Shown piece by piece: positions 1 through 14,300 of a stretch of 64,000 nucleotides of DNA. The stretch is taken from NCBI GenBank assembly GCA_965153455.1, contig OZ234493.1, positions 3,286,001 to 3,350,000 on the forward strand. Direction: 5' to 3'. Under the pieces are notes generated by a model, which worked only from the letters and a program-made list of their open reading frames with translations, ran no database searches and was not told the origin of the DNA. The translations under genes were made by a program, and so were the position numbers. Origin of the DNA: Sphagnum compactum (taxonomy: Eukaryota). Positions within the stretch are counted from its first letter, which is position 1; every line of letters begins with the position of its first letter.

Positions 1-347
1 ATAATCCAGAGAGCTGCATAGTTTGAGCATCCAATTCCATAGCCATACCGATCATCCTGAAGCTAGTTGCATGGCGATGAAGAAAGGAGGCCGCCTTAAA
101 GGAATTGACCTAATCCTGAGCAGACTGAGGTTTGCAGATAAAAGCTCTATGACCGACAGAAATGCCCGGGTTATCATACGGGCAGTTCTTCGACAAGCTG
201 CTCTACTCTCAATTCTAGCTACAAGAACTTCTCACTATACTCGCTCTGCCACTGGAGTCGGAAAACACAGGATGCGGTTTCGTGATCGGAGAACTGGCAC
301 AGCAATGGTCAGGTACGAGAGGAACAAGGGGACGAAGGTGCACTTAC

Positions 348-467
348 AGAGTGATCAGACGCATGATCTGAAGCAGCCGGGCGCACAGCCTCCGGCGCGT
401 CGTCTGAATCTTCAGACTCAACACCAAAAAGAGTCTCCATCATCTCGTGCCGCTTCTCCTCCCCCAT
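348..467 (-). CDS. LEO1: First coding exon of a LEO1/VIP4-like PAF1 complex subunit (gene continues off the left edge)
   Basis: ATG at 467 gives MGEEKRHEMMETLFGVESEDSDD..., resembling the plant LEO1/VIP4 N-terminus as I recall it (MxxEKRxxMMxNLFG.xSE). It runs exactly 40 codons and ends at a strong TCT|GTAAGT donor at 347. Confidence 0.75.
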
Positions 468-784
468 CTCGTCAACCACCGCACGCACAAGACGATCACA
501 ACTCTGCAAGTTTGCTCCTCCTCGTCCTCGGTCCTTGGCCCAATCTTTCACAAACCCAAGGTACGAAGCCTCTCTCACAAGCAATGATTTTCTTCTCCAA
601 GGTAAGCCCAGTCTCTTGATATCTCAACGATTGCGACAATCGACAATGCAAACTACGACAAAGTTCCGCAGTGAGAGAGTCGTTCAACAAACCGTCTGTG
701 AATCAACGATGGTGAAACCCTGAGGCTACTACAGAGGGTCCCCAAAGCAGCAGAAAGCACAAAACCCACCCACCTATTTGGCAT

Positions 785-793
785 TTAGGGTTT
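785..793 (-). promoter_or_regulatory. Telo-box (AAACCCTAA) upstream of the LEO1-like gene, with a site II-like GGGCCCAA nearby (~956-963)
   Basis: TTAGGGTTT at 785-793 lies ~320 bp upstream of the ATG. Telo-box plus site II is a known plant housekeeping promoter combination. Confidence 0.4.
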
Positions 794-1814
794 AGGAGGA
801 CCTCACTCATGTCTGTTCATTTTCCCTCTCTTAAAGTCTAAAGAACTGGTCCATAGGGTAATGCCCGAGCCCATCGGCACTACTGAAATAATGGGGTTTG
901 ACTCTGTAGATACATAATTTTGGGGGTGGAAACAGGAATTTGGGGATGAAAAGAAGGGCCCAAAGGCAAGATTATTTTTTGCCCATAACTCTATTGCCTT
1001 AAGTTTGTTGAGGGTAAAATTTATTCTCATCAGGTATTTAGGTGAAAGCACTCATGGTGTAACAAGTTTGCCGGGTGGGTGTAATTTATCTATCTATTTA
1101 TTTATTTTTATTTTTAAACCCTGCGGGCCTTTGGAATGGGACATTCTCAAAGTTAGTCTCAAAATTCGAGCCCAAGTTCAGGTTTTGCCTTTGGTAGGCC
1201 CTCCTTTAAGTTATTAATAACATATTATTTGTTTTGGGGTCAATTGGTTCACATGTAAAATCATTGATGTCAAAGTGGGGATCAAGGCTTCAACCATTCA
1301 TATGCTTCTTCTTTTTTAATATCATTTTTTTCATGTTTGCCTCCTTTCTCAAGCTAAAACTTAAAAGTCAGACCACCATGGACGAGCATAGAACACAATT
1401 CTTCAAATTCTTGGATTTTACATGGCCATATCTGGAGAAAAAAAATTAAAAAAATCTGCCCCATCAGCACAGAAGCTCAACAAGAAGGAAAACAAGAAGA
1501 AGATATAGGGTTCACTTTTGGGTTTGCTTTGCCTTCGATATTTTGTAAGGTTCTTAAGAGTAGATTCATTGGTACGAGTATAAATGGTCAATAGATTAAC
1601 TTCAGATGACGTTTAAACTATGAATAGCATGAAATTGAATTTGGAAATATAAATATGCACAACATACTTTGTTTTGAAAAGGAAAGAAATAGGATTGATT
1701 TTGAACAATCATTCACAATGATTGGTTCATGTGATGACATTTAATTAATCCTCATTATATATTATTTGTACAAGCATTTAACCCCACCGTATCCCAACCA
1801 ACATCACTTGCCAA

Positions 1815-2360
1815 GCAATGGTTTTTTTTGGAATTTTGGTTGGTAGCCAAAGTTGCAATCATCCATAAAAAAATGTAGAAGAAATGGCTTTTATCCTTGG
1901 AAAGATTTATTCAAATGTGGTTATAAACCAAATATGAAGTGCAAATTTTTAATCATCATTCTATCTTTTTGGCTACACATTAAAAATCAAATATGAAAAT
2001 CTAGTGTTTTTTAATATTTTCCCCTCACTCTTGTTGATTGCAAACCCCCCAAAATCACTTGATTTTTGAATTTTTAAATTCAAAACTGTTTTTTGGGTGA
2101 AATTTTTCCCCAAAAAAAAAGGGTTGTTGCGAACATCTTCTTGTGGATGTTTCTATTTTTGGTGTGAGTGGGATAGAGTGGGACACAACCTTTAATTTAC
2201 TATAGAAATTTCATCCAAAAATGAATTAAAAAATTACAATGTGGAACAGAAGTGAAATTTGGGGTTTTCAATAATGAGAATTTGAAAAAAATGACCAAAA
2301 TTTCTCAGATTGAAAATTTTGGCTTTTATAAATATCAAAAAAATAAAGAAGAATGCTAAC
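1815..2360. repeat. Degenerate dispersed non-autonomous repeat(s)
   Basis: AT-rich and ORF-free, with motifs (GGTAGCCAAAGT..AATCATCCATA..; GGCTACACAT..AAATATGAAAATCT) that I recall from abundant moss dispersed repeats. The ends are not resolved. Confidence 0.3.
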
Positions 2361-3385
2361 ATATATATATCATGTTGTTTATACAATGCATGCATTCAAC
2401 ATTTCTCATTGTGGATCCTCTGATGATCAATGGAAATTAAACCTTCCATTCATTGATCACCAATTAGCCCCAAGAAAATTTGAAAGTGGTTAAATTTGTC
2501 TACATGAAGTTTTGGTGATAAAGTTGATAATTTGGTTGCTGGCTCCAATGTACAAGAGGTGAACAAGGTGACAAATTTAAAAATCTCGAATCATGTGGCA
2601 TTGCATGTCAATGTGTTTGGAGCATTGATGGTACTCTAGATTTGAAACAAGTCTTATAGCACTTCAGCTATCACCATAGATTGAAGTGGGAAAGGTTTCT
2701 GGAAATCCAATTTCTTGTCAAAGTTTTTTCAACCAAATTCTTTTGATGCCAACGATGCAACAACATGTTGTCCTTTAGTTGTGGATTCACTATCACACAT
2801 GTTTCTTTACAAACAATCGAAGTAATTGGTGTATCATGTAAAAACACAAGACACCCACTACGTGACTTGTTGTTTTCTAAGTCATTTACAAAATCATGGG
2901 CCATTAATGTGTTATGCTTATCTCCATTGAAGTAACAATGCTTAAATTGATATGTGCTTTACATATACTTCATGATCCTTCTAACAACATTGCAACGCAC
3001 ATCTTCTGGTTTGGCATAGAATTTAGGAATTACTTCCACAATAAATGCCATGTTTGGATGATTCCCTATCATTGCAAACATGACGTTGGCTGCCCACAAT
3101 TTGGTTTTTTGTTGTCAAGATGAGCATCCAAGCTTAAATTGGACATTAAAATCCACATGTGTAGCAATAGTGCTAACTATATTTCATAAGTGTTTGCAAA
3201 ATGTATTGGGTTTGTTCAATGAACATCATCCTCTATTCACAATTTTGTGTTATGTGTAAACCAACATAATAATATGTAGGCTTGTTGTTACTTCAAAAAC
3301 TTTGTTGAGGTGATCAACCACTTGATGTGACCTCTTTTTGTCTTGACAACTCCCAAGGTCATTATTTACAAAGATGACTTGATCA

Positions 3386-3642
3386 TGTGAAATGAATTAT
3401 TCATAGAAGTCATTATAGGGAATAATTTAATTCAAAGAAAAGAAAGGAACAAGGTATAAGCCACTTGGGTAGCAATAAAATAAAAACCTAAATGTGCATT
3501 TAACTACCAATTTAAAAAGATACTTAGCTTTTTATATTAATCTCAACCTAACATCTCTTTAATCATTAAATTATTTTAAGCTTCCAATTAATCTTGATTT
3601 AACATCTTGTTCATCACTAAGTTGTGAAAATAACTTTCAACA
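3386..3642 (-). repeat. 3' LTR of the inner copia
   Basis: TGTGAAAT...ACTTTCAACA, colinear with 11049-11307. A purine tract on the minus strand lies just inside (3643-3650). Confidence 0.9.
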
Positions 3643-5354
3643 CCTTTTCTTGTTCTTAGTTTTTTCTAGATAACTTATCATGTGTTAAATCAAAGTTTGT
3701 CCCAACTTGAATTTGATTTTTCCTAATGCCAAGTGGTTAGCATAACAATAAGCTTTTCAAATAGAAGAATGTATGTAACTTCAACCTTGCCTATTTCAAC
3801 CACTTGACAAGTAAAATGCCAATTCTTTTTGAAATGTCTATTTCATTCATGGAAAACAAGATGTTTTTTATCATTTGATTGCATTTTGATTATTGCAACA
3901 AAAAACCATGGGACATTATGGAGCAAGGTCAAATTTTGTCTATAGCTTCCAAAACCAAATGGCTTCACAACCACAATTTGAAAATGCCAATATTTGATTT
4001 CACAACTAGACCAAGTTGCGGTGGTTTGTTCCTTCAAATTCCATGAAATTGAAATCATTCTTAACATAAACAAATAAACACTTGTAAAAATGTGATTGTT
4101 AAGGTCATGTGTGAAATTAATGTAAGATAAACCGAAGAGATGATTTTCTTCCCCTTCTACAAAGTAAAGATTTAGTGATCTGTAATGATGTGGATAACGT
4201 AAAAGAACCTTCATAGATAAGATGCGGGTCATCTCATGAGCTTGCATGTATTGACTAGCAAAGCCAACAACATAATTAACAAGATGCAAATGTGTGTGAG
4301 TGAAAAACATTTCCATAATCACCATTACAAGGTGGCATCAACAAGCAAGGAATTCATGGAACAACAAAACATGATGCCATTTTGTGACAACACAAATGTA
4401 GACTGAGAATCTACCATGGTGGCAAGTGCCAAAATGCTATGGGCATACGAAGTCTAATGTAATATTAAATTGTGTGGTGTATGATGAAATTGTGCACCAA
4501 GGTAATGAGTATTTAAACCTAGGTCAATCATAACATATTTAGATTGAAGGTGAGTCTTGAGTTGATCTACCAACAAGGATTTATTGCCAATCAATAATAG
4601 ATCATCGACATACAATTACAATATGACAATGTTATATTATTGACAACAGTAATTAAAATTGTAATTTTCAACACTTTACCTAGAGATCTTGTCATTCTAA
4701 GAATTGAGTGATACAACTATACAAGCATGGGGGCTTTGGTTCAAGGTGTATAAGGCACACTTGAAAATGCAAACCTTGTGTTTAGCTCCAAGTTCCACAA
4801 ATATGACTGATTGCTCCATGTGAACTTCTTCCAAGACGAATCCATTCAAGAAAGCAGTTTGAACATTTAGATGAAGAATAGGCCAACCTTTGTGTGTCAC
4901 AATTGATGCAATCAATCACAATGTCCCCATGTCATGATAGGTGCAAAAATCTTATGATAATCCAAACCTTTTTGTTGTTCAAAACCATGCGTTACCAATT
5001 GAATCTTAAATTTCACTCCTTCATGAATAATTACAGGTTTGTGCTTAAACACCCACTTTGCCATAATGGGACACTTGTTTGGTGTTGGGTCAATAAGTAT
5101 CCACGTTTAATTAATTTTTATGGAATTAATCTCCAATTCCATCATAGCATGCCAATGACGATCATTATGGACATCATTACATGTTAGATTTCATTGTCAA
5201 TGTCATCAAATGACCCCATAGATAATTCAAAAGATAATTCATAGTTGGCAACATAATCCTTGAGATGAGTTACATATTGTTGTGTTCAACCCAAGTGATA
5301 AGAAACTATTAGGTTGGTGGGAATCACAACACCATGATATGTACATGAGATAAT

Positions 5355-5945
5355 CAGTGGGGTGAAAACACATTATGGGGGGTCATTTTAAGCAAGAAAA
5401 TGTTTTTATTTTGGGTACATTTTGTATTATTTTGGGGGTAGTTTTTCTTGATTTCATTTAGCGTTTCAATAAACGTATAAAATGGATTTTGATACAAAGG
5501 CCTCCAACATAATTCTTATTATTTTTCAAATGAAAGTAATTTTTCAACACACTTATGTTCATTTGAATGAAAAACTTGTCCACTTTGTTTTCGTGAAATC
5601 ACATGAGTTAAACTTTTCAATTGTAATTGAAATGGTACAATCAATTCATATTCAATATATAACTAAATACTTCATCAAATTTTGCAATTATTTGAATCAA
5701 TTTAAAAGTATATTTGCATTTTGCAGTATATTGTGAGAAAATCTATTTTCTCACAAATATATTCTTAATCATTTAATATTAATCAAATAAATAATTTCCT
5801 TTGAAAATTACATTATTTGAAAATTGAACTACCTTATTTTGAATATAGTTTATGAAAACCTCTTGTAATATTGGTTTGGTGGAATTGAAAGTTGTATAAT
5901 TTTGAAAAATAATATTTGTGATAACATTTTTTTGTCACCGTAGTG
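5355..5945. mobile_element. Small AT-rich TIR insertion inside the inner copia
   Basis: Left end CAGTGGGGTGAAAA versus right end TTTTGTCACCGTAGTG (reverse complement CACTACGGTGACAAAA). Very AT-rich interior between integrase and RT. Confidence 0.35.
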
Positions 5946-7136
5946 TGCTTTCACCTAGTGGTGAGCCAAATCTAAGTTGATTCAATGGTGATGGTGACAA
6001 TAATGATTTAAGAATAGTTTCACATTCAAATGACTCAATTGGCATTAGATTTGGTGACGTTGCAAATGTAGGTAATGGCAATGGAATTTTTGGTGAAAAA
6101 ACTTGCGACAAGGTAGGTCCATTAATAAGGTTTGGTATCTATTTAAGTTTGTTGTAAAAAATTGCACCATCTATTCCAATGGTTCAAACATCTTGCAAGA
6201 TGATAATTTGATAATGGATGTTTGGTAACACACATACCCATTCACCTAAGTATATCAATTGAATAAATGTAAGCTTTTGATCATAGTGTGAGTTTGTTAA
6301 GGTTTGGTTTGTTCAAATGAACATAAAGAATCAAAGATTCAAAATAATACAACATGTACATCTCCCCACAAGAATTGTGGTAAGTGCTTATTTAGTAATC
6401 AACAACATGTAATATCCATGACTGATCAATTACGTTTCTCTACAAGACCATTGTGTTGTGTTGAAACATTTTAAGTGTTGTGAATTAATTTCAAATGCCA
6501 TGGTCTTAAAAAGATTCAATGAAAACTTGTTGGGATATTTTCCATGATTATTTAATTTCAATGTAAAAATACGTTGTCCACATGTTTCAACTTCATTCTT
6601 GAAATTTTTGAATTTTGCCAAAACTTCATTTTTTCCATCATCATGTAAAACCATGTATTATGTGAATAATTATCCATAAAAGTAACAAAATATTTCACTT
6701 TTCCCAAGGATTGGACCTTGAAGGGCCAATAGATATCACTATGAACAAACTCCAAAAATTGCGTTGCAAAATGCATAATTTGTTTGGGAACTTTTTTATG
6801 TGTTTGTTTGCCTTGTAAGAAACATAAAAAAATGATTTTCCTTAGAAATCAAAGTGAAGGAAGACTAATGATAATATTCAATTTAATCATTCATTAGATT
6901 TTTTCCATGTGGAAATGACCCAAGCTCTTGTGCCATGTAGAGGTCGGATTTAGTCGGGCCATGTGGTGAGACCAAATTCACTTTTTTTTAAAGGATTGAT
7001 CATTGTAATGCCATGAAGTCGATAAAATCCTTGAACATTCTCCTAATGAACATAAATAATCAATTTTCGGGTATGACTATTCCAAACAAAACAACCTTTA
7101 GAGATGAATTATAAACTATGGTTTTAATATGCAACG

Positions 7137-9082
7137 TAACAACACATCTTGGGTTTTGCGATTAGGTTTTGCGACTATGTCCTAGTCAGGAAGGACATAT
7201 GCAACTAGTCACTCATGAGTTGCTAAACCCAAGTTGTTTCACCCATTTAGTTATAAAAGACATTTAATCACAATGCCCATTCATCTTATTGACTAGGGTT
7301 TTTTTTATTTGGTTTAATGTTGAAATAACATGTCATCAATGACTTTGGTATGATGTGTAAAATGCATGCCATTTCAACTTAGTCAGTTTATTTAATTTAG
7401 TGTTACAAAAGACGCCTTGATGGATGAATGACATGTGTCAAAAAAATCTATAAACACATTATGAATAATTACACATGACCAATAGTCAACCTAGTTTAGC
7501 CCATGTAGTTATAGCGTATCCAAAAGTCAACCTAACCTTACTTAGCTAGGCTAGGCAAACTAGTTTAGTTAACCTAGCCAAAAGTCAACTTAGTTAGACT
7601 AGCTACCTATGTTAAGCAACCTAAGCTACTTAATTTAGGCTAAGTGGCCTAGATTAAAAACAAACATCGAACTTTTTAGCCCAAAAAATTTAGACTAGGT
7701 TATCTAACTTGAGCCAAGTGGCTTAGGTATCATAAATAGCAAGAGTGAGGACCTAAACCCCTCACCTTCACTTTGGGGTTCAAGTCTTCATCCATTGCAC
7801 TACCACATTTTTTATACTAATTATATTTAACACAAAATTATAAAGCTCAAAATTTTTAGCCTTGAATTAACCTTGGCCACCCTAAGTTGACCTAGGTCAA
7901 CCTACCTACTACCTACTAACCTAACCTAGAGTTAGACCTCCCTAGGTTGATTTAAGATGAACTATTTGTCAACCTATATTACTTATTAGCTTAGTTTAGG
8001 TTAAAAAAAAAACCTAGGATAATTATGTCGCATCTAAACGCATCATAATCACATCTAGTTACACAAATTTGACGTGGTTACAAATTTGATAAAATATTTT
8101 GTAATGAGGCTACTTAGGTTGACTTGGCAAAAAACCTAAAGCGAGTAACCTAGGTTAATTTATTAGTAGGGTAACCTATTCTAGGTATGTTTAAACATAT
8201 CAAATGTAGTAAATTTATTATGTCTAGTTAAGTAACTTATAGGGTAGCTTATATTACGAAATAGGTTTTTACTAAATAGCTTACATACATAGGTTAACTT
8301 AATAAGTATGTTAACCTAAGCTAGTGTGTTAGGTAGTTAAAAGTCAAAGAATTATGTGTCACCTTTAATTTCAAAGCGACTATTAATATTGTAATCATAA
8401 TTATAATTAACAATAGATAGTTTAGTCCACATACACATGCATGTGAATTTACGATTTCAAAAACCTCATGGCATACAAAAAAAATGGCATGCCATGACAA
8501 ATATTGGTGCCATAAATTCAAAACACAAAAACTTATGGCGTCACAAAAAATCATGGATTGTTATGAAAATTTGTGACACCTTGTTGCCAAATGGCATGCC
8601 GTGTCATCATCACATGGAATATCAAATCATTATTAATTGCAAAGGACAACAATATTTTAACTAGCTAATAAATGAGATTAATTCATCAAATCAATGACAT
8701 GAATCATGATGTGAAGTTAATGTCACATGTCATGAGGTGTTGCGATTACTAGTTAACCGCGTTGCCATGTGGCATGTCACGTCAACATCACACGACCATA
8801 AGTTGTTATTATTCACCAAAAGTTGCAAGAATGAATGGAATTTTGTTATTACCTAATTTTGGATGATTTAAAATACAATTAAAATACATTAAAAAATTTG
8901 ACATTTGTGTATAAACCATCAACTCATGATATTGACTATAGTCGCAAAACAATAATGTCATGTGGCACGCACAATGTTTCTTACAACTACGTAGTCATTA
9001 ACATGAACTTGTAGTTACAATTGTAGTAAGAAAAGACAATAGTTGTTTTATTAACCGGTTGTAAAACCCAAGATGTGTTGTT
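7137..9082. mobile_element. Non-autonomous TIR element (~1.9 kb) inserted in the inner copia
   Basis: Inverted ends AACAACACATCTTGGGTTTT (~7138) and AAAACCCAAGATGTGTTGTT (~9063-9082). Non-coding interior rich in ACCTAG/CTAGGT motifs; copia pol resumes on both sides. Confidence 0.65.
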
Positions 9083-11048
9083 GGGTCCAAATTCTTCAAG
9101 GTGTACCAAAATCTTATGACAACATCACCTTTTTCTATCTTTTTTACCTAGTCTTTTTTTACCATGTAAATACACATTTATGGATGATTATAATGGAATC
9201 TAAAATTATAATGGTTTAAAATATAATCCTTCTAAAATTTTTAACAACTTTTGATTCATTATTTTTTTATGAGGATCAAAATATAGGGTAAAAAGGGACT
9301 ATAGTAAAGACACAACCCTTTTCGTCCTATGTGGTACACCTCAAAAGATTTTCATCTTGTTGTGCAAAATATTGCCCAAAAAGAAGATTATTTTTAAAAA
9401 TCATACAATAGACTACCTAAGGAATGTTTTTGATAGCTCCATCAGAAAACTAAAAATCAACTTTGTTAATACTAAAGATGATATGGCCTTATTTATTAGC
9501 CAAACATAAATTATTGCCATTCACCTATTGAAACAAAACAAAGATTATTGGGTTGCCATTCACATGATGAATGGCATTTAAATTGAAGTACCAAAATGTT
9601 TGCTGTTGTGTTGGTGATTCAACCAAGTTATGTTTGACCACACAAATTGAGTTAAATGAGAGTTTTCATTTGATTTGCTTTGTTGTGTTCTCCACTGGTT
9701 GATAATCATTTGCACAAAAGGAATAGCTATCAGCAGCCAATATGCATGTCGTGATGTTGTTATCCCATTAAACATATTTTCCCTCCCCTTCAGGTGGCTC
9801 CTTTTCAACTATTTCATCAATAACATGAACTTAATCTAAAACACCACGCTTTCCTTTTTCTTGAAGTTGAAACTTAAGGTCTTTCATGTGATCAATTATT
9901 GCCTTGATATCACATTCACGTTGTACATGACCTTCATTTCCACAAAAAAATTAATTTTTTGACCTTGGCCACTTTGTACCTAGTGGTAAAAAATGCAATT
10001 GATAATTCTTGGAGCACCTTTGGAATGTCCCATTATTGTTTGACGATTGGTTAAAGTTCTTCCCATAGTTGGAGGATTGACCAAAATTATTGCTTAGGCC
10101 TCCTTGATGTGCATAACATGAGCCATTAGATGATTAATTAGAGTTGTAAGCAAAATGTCAATCTCAGTCATAAAAAGTTTTCTTTCCTTAGGCAGCCAAT
10201 GCTTCTACTCCTTGATTTTCATTCTCCTTGGAGTTAAGAAGTAGGTCCTTCAACAATTTAGATTCCAACTCCTTGTAAGTTGGAAATTGTTTCTTATTTT
10301 GTTGCACCTCACAAAACACCTCATACTCCTTCAACAAATTTTTGATGGTGTACTAAACCACAATGTCCTTTAACAATGACATTAACCTTTGCCATCATGT
10401 CTGTTACATTCTTTACCTCAATGAGGTAAGCATCCATGGATATATTCTTAATCTTTCTAAGGTTAAAAACTTATCTATGAGGTAAGTACGTTTAATACCA
10501 ATATCATCCTTGTAACGGTGCTTTAATACCATCTAGCACATGTACAAATTAAAATAATGATTCAAACAACTTCAAGAGATGATTCTTGGAGTTATTGTGA
10601 ATTTAATTCAATTTTTTAGACCTTGCAATTGTCTTTGCTATAATCATGGGGGCAGAAGGAGGTGTCACATAGTTATCCTTGGAAAGCATGTGTTTGACAT
10701 GATGTGCCCACACTCCATAATTTGATGCACCCTCAAGGTGATAAATTTTTGGAATGTTTGCTGTCTCCCTCCTATTGGCATCATAACGACGTTCTATGAG
10801 GTTCTTATTGTCCTATTAATCATATGCATTCTTGCTCTACATCTTAGAGTGCTTGGGACATTAGCAAAACTTGCTATACTTTCAACTTCCTGATTCTCTC
10901 CTCACATCTTGTCAATACAACTAAAGAAATTATGTTTTATCAGTAATCAATGCAAAACAAGCATAAGCTCACTCTTCTCCTTGACTGGCAATCACCAAGT
11001 ATGAGAAAACACGAAGGAATAGGTTAGGCTCTTACAACTTTGATACCA

Positions 11049-11307
11049 TGTGAAATGGGTTACTCATAGAAGTCATTGCATGGAACAAAACAATTCAAAG
11101 AAAATAAAAGGAACATGGAATATAAGCCATTTGGGCAGTTGTAAAATACAAACCTAAATGTGAACTAAACTACCAATTTAAGAAGATATGTAGCTTTCTA
11201 TATTAATCCTAATCTAGCATCTCCCTAATCACTACGCTGCTCCAAGCTTCCCATAATCCTCATCTAACATCTTCCTGATCATAAAGCTGTGAGCATAACT
11301 TTCAACA
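11049..11307 (-). repeat. 5' LTR of the inner copia (PBS adjacent at 11038-11048)
   Basis: TGTGAAAT...ACTTTCAACA. The adjoining CTTTGATACCA is the reverse complement of the tRNAi-Met PBS. Confidence 0.9.
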
Positions 11308-14300
11308 AATCACGAGTGTGGGAGACTTGGTGCTGAAGTAAGCACAAGGATCTACTGATGCAGGTTGTAAATCATATTGGATTAGGAATTCATTGAATTG
11401 GTGTTCCAAGCACAACTTGTCTACTAAAATCCATAAATGTTTTTGAAAAGCCAATACACCAAATTTGATCTCGGACATGATTTCTTTGTTTCTTCAAAAC
11501 CTTTGGGCTGCTGCTCCATATAAATCTCCTCCTCCAAGTCCCCATGTAAAAATGTCGTCTATATATGAAACTGCAACAAATCTTATCTTTGACTGCAGCT
11601 ATGAACAAGATTGTCTTGATGGAGTCGAACTTGGTAAATGGTGAAAAAGTTTGCTCGTAGTCAAATTCCTATTCTTGAAAATAAACGTTGGCAACAACGA
11701 CAGCACTGAAGGGATCAATGCTACCATCAGATTTGCATTATTTCACCTTGTACACCCATTTGCTCTTCACAGCCTTTCTCCTTCTGGCAGCTCACAAATC
11801 CTCCAACTAGCATTCTTTCAGGGACTCAGATTTATCATTCATTGCCTTTTCCCACTCTTCTTTGTAGTCTGAAGCAATGGCTTGGTCATACGTTTGTGAC
11901 TCTTCTATCAACTGCTATACAAGCAAAAGACATGTAGGTCCCTGGCAAAGATAGCCAATCACCATACCAACTTGGTGGTCCATGTGACCATTTCCCAAGT
12001 ATCTCAGTACCAGCTCCATCTTCATGCATGGAATTATTGATACCTGGATCAACAACTAATTTGCCTGCACTCCCTTCTAGAATGGTGTCAAATGTTGCAT
12101 GAACCTGTAATGCTCTTGCTAGGACAGTGTCAAGTGTTGCTAATCCCTATGATGCTCATGTTGGGATAGCATCAAGTGTTGAACTGGTCTACGTGATACT
12201 CTTACTGTTGTCTCAATTAGCTGAGGTACATGTTCAATGAGAGGTATGAGATGAGTCTGCCAGTGTTTGGGTACTGCAACTTCTGCATGAACTTTGAGCA
12301 TTTTCATGAAAAATAACATCCTTGCTAATCATGATTTTGTTGTTCACTTTGTCCCAGAGCCTATAGGCTTTACTTTCAGTACTTTATCCAAGAAACACAC
12401 TCTCTGCTCTTAGAGTTCAATTTGCTCTGAAGTAGCTTTTTTGAATGTGCACATAACATCAATTCTAAAGACATAAAGTGTGCCCCATCAGGCTTCCAAT
12501 AGCGCCAAGCTTGTAGTCATTCCTTCTAGGGTTCATGAACATGTGTAATTTACACATAAACTGCAATCTGGACAGCCTTCGTCCCCCAAAATTTCAGAGA
12601 AATACTATGACCATGAAGCATGCATCTAACACTTTCAACAGTTCTATTTTCTCTTTCAGCAACTCCATTTTGTTTTTGAGTATAAGGTTTAACGAGTTTC
12701 TGTTTAACTCCTTCCTGTTCAAGAAAAGACTTCAATGCATTCCTAGTATACTCCCCTCCCCCGGCACTCCTATGTTTGAGAAGTTTGTTTCCAGTTTCCC
12801 TCTCCAAAACTTAGACATCATTTTCTTACAAAGAACTCAGATTTTTTCTGAATGCATAGACAAGTCTATATCCACTATAAGATTGTCCTTGGAACAAAAG
12901 AGGCTCTCTGTCTGAAGCTACACTCAGAGGACCACACACATCTGTGTGAGAGAATCGCCCTGGCTTTTTACCTTTCTGTCACTCTTGGTTGACAGGAAAA
13001 GACTGCTTGTGATTCTTACCATGTGCACATCCAGAGTTCTGGTCTGAAAACATTGATCTTGTGACCAAACCCTTCCTTTTGCATTTTTCTGATCATGTCA
13101 AAATGTACATGTCCAAGATGAAGAACAGGAAACAAGTCTACTGCAAAAGCAAGAAAAGAACCCAAAACAACCAACAATGTACTCACACCAATGTTCACCT
13201 AACAACAGTATATTCCTCCAGAAGAGAGAAGCACTGCTAGTGTTAAGGTAGGAATAGTGACTTGAATTCTTGTTGAAAGATGCTAACTAACCTACTTCAC
13301 AGAAATCCACTCAGAGTTGTCCACTGATCATTTATTGTCTACACAGTGCATTCATTGAACCCAGGCTACTATCCTTGGAATGCTAGTTATCAAATTTCTA
13401 GTTCTTTTTCAATTATTGAGTGAAGATTGTCATTCTCTGCAATTTTCTCAACTTGTTGGAACAAGTTTCCTGCTGTGCAAATTTTTAGTCCCAAAGTCTC
13501 TCTCCTAAGCTATTCTCATGATCTCTGAACATCTATATTTTCTTGGATTCATGGTAGAAAATGCTGAATATTTAGACCGGTCTACTACCACCATATAAGT
13601 TTCCCCCTATATTTCCAGACAATCCAAGGGCTGTGGAGACTGTCAGCTCATTCTTTCAACATTCAAGCTAAAACTAATCTTTGACAGTCTTGCCTGTGTT
13701 CTCTATTGGAATAGGAACTCATGAAATTTCATCCTTTCTTACCTTACTTTATGCCTGAGTGTCCAACTCAGATATCCTTGGTCTTCATAGTGTACCTGTA
13801 AGCTACTATTCTCAGGGCCTTCTTTATCCTCACACCAGATTTTCCACTCTCATGCCATGTATGACAGCATGTCACACTCTCCCAGATCCACAGTAGAGTA
13901 CTGCCAGAGAACAGCTAGATGCGACAATATACCGGACATCCACACTGCCCTCCACAGTCAGGTTTTTGAGCCTTGATTGTCAATTCTGCTGTGTGAGCCT
14001 GTGTGGGCCTAGTAGAATTCGCTGTTGGCAACCCAGTCACTGGCATCAAAAGCCAGAGAATGCCAGGGAACAAGGACAGAATTGGGACTGCTGCAGTGGT
14101 GCCAATGTGTCCACCAAATCCAGCCACACAGGAGCCTGAATAGGGGCCTCCTCCCCTGCCTTTAACATCATTGGTAGCCACCATAATCAGTTTTGGGTCT
14201 TCCTCTAACCTTAAACCACTACAGCTAAATATAATGCCTGTCCAATCAGAAGAAAACCATCTAGATGGCACTGCCAGAAATGTATGGAGACTAAAACAAG

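Larger units (their letters stand above)
3386..11307 (-). mobile_element. Structurally complete but decayed Ty1/copia LTR retrotransposon (inner, nested)
   Basis: Paired TG...CA LTRs (3386-3642, 11049-11307), tRNA-Met PBS TGGTATCAAAG, near-TSD GATCA/AATCA. Gag remnants ~9500-10800, integrase (EFVHSDIYWPF..KYFVTFMDNYS) ~6200-6800, RT (LHLNVQTAFLNG..EEVHMEQ..LYTLNQSP) ~4300-5200, RNase H ~3700-4200. Confidence 0.9.
2460..13200 (-). mobile_element. Older (outer) Ty1/copia retrotransposon remnant, split by the copia at 3386-11307
   Basis: 13016-13200 GAG-pre-integrase-like (HLGHVHFDMIRKM); 12550-12950 integrase (GGGEY..PYTQKQNGVAERENRTVESVRCML); 11312-11900 RT N-half; 2460-3385 RT C-half and RNase H (KSRSGCLVFLHDTPIT). 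Many stops and frameshifts; no LTRs identified. Confidence 0.75.

Noticed and set aside
23-619. 198-aa plus-strand ORF
   Set aside because: Antisense shadow of the LEO1-like exon and intron; no recognisable motif.
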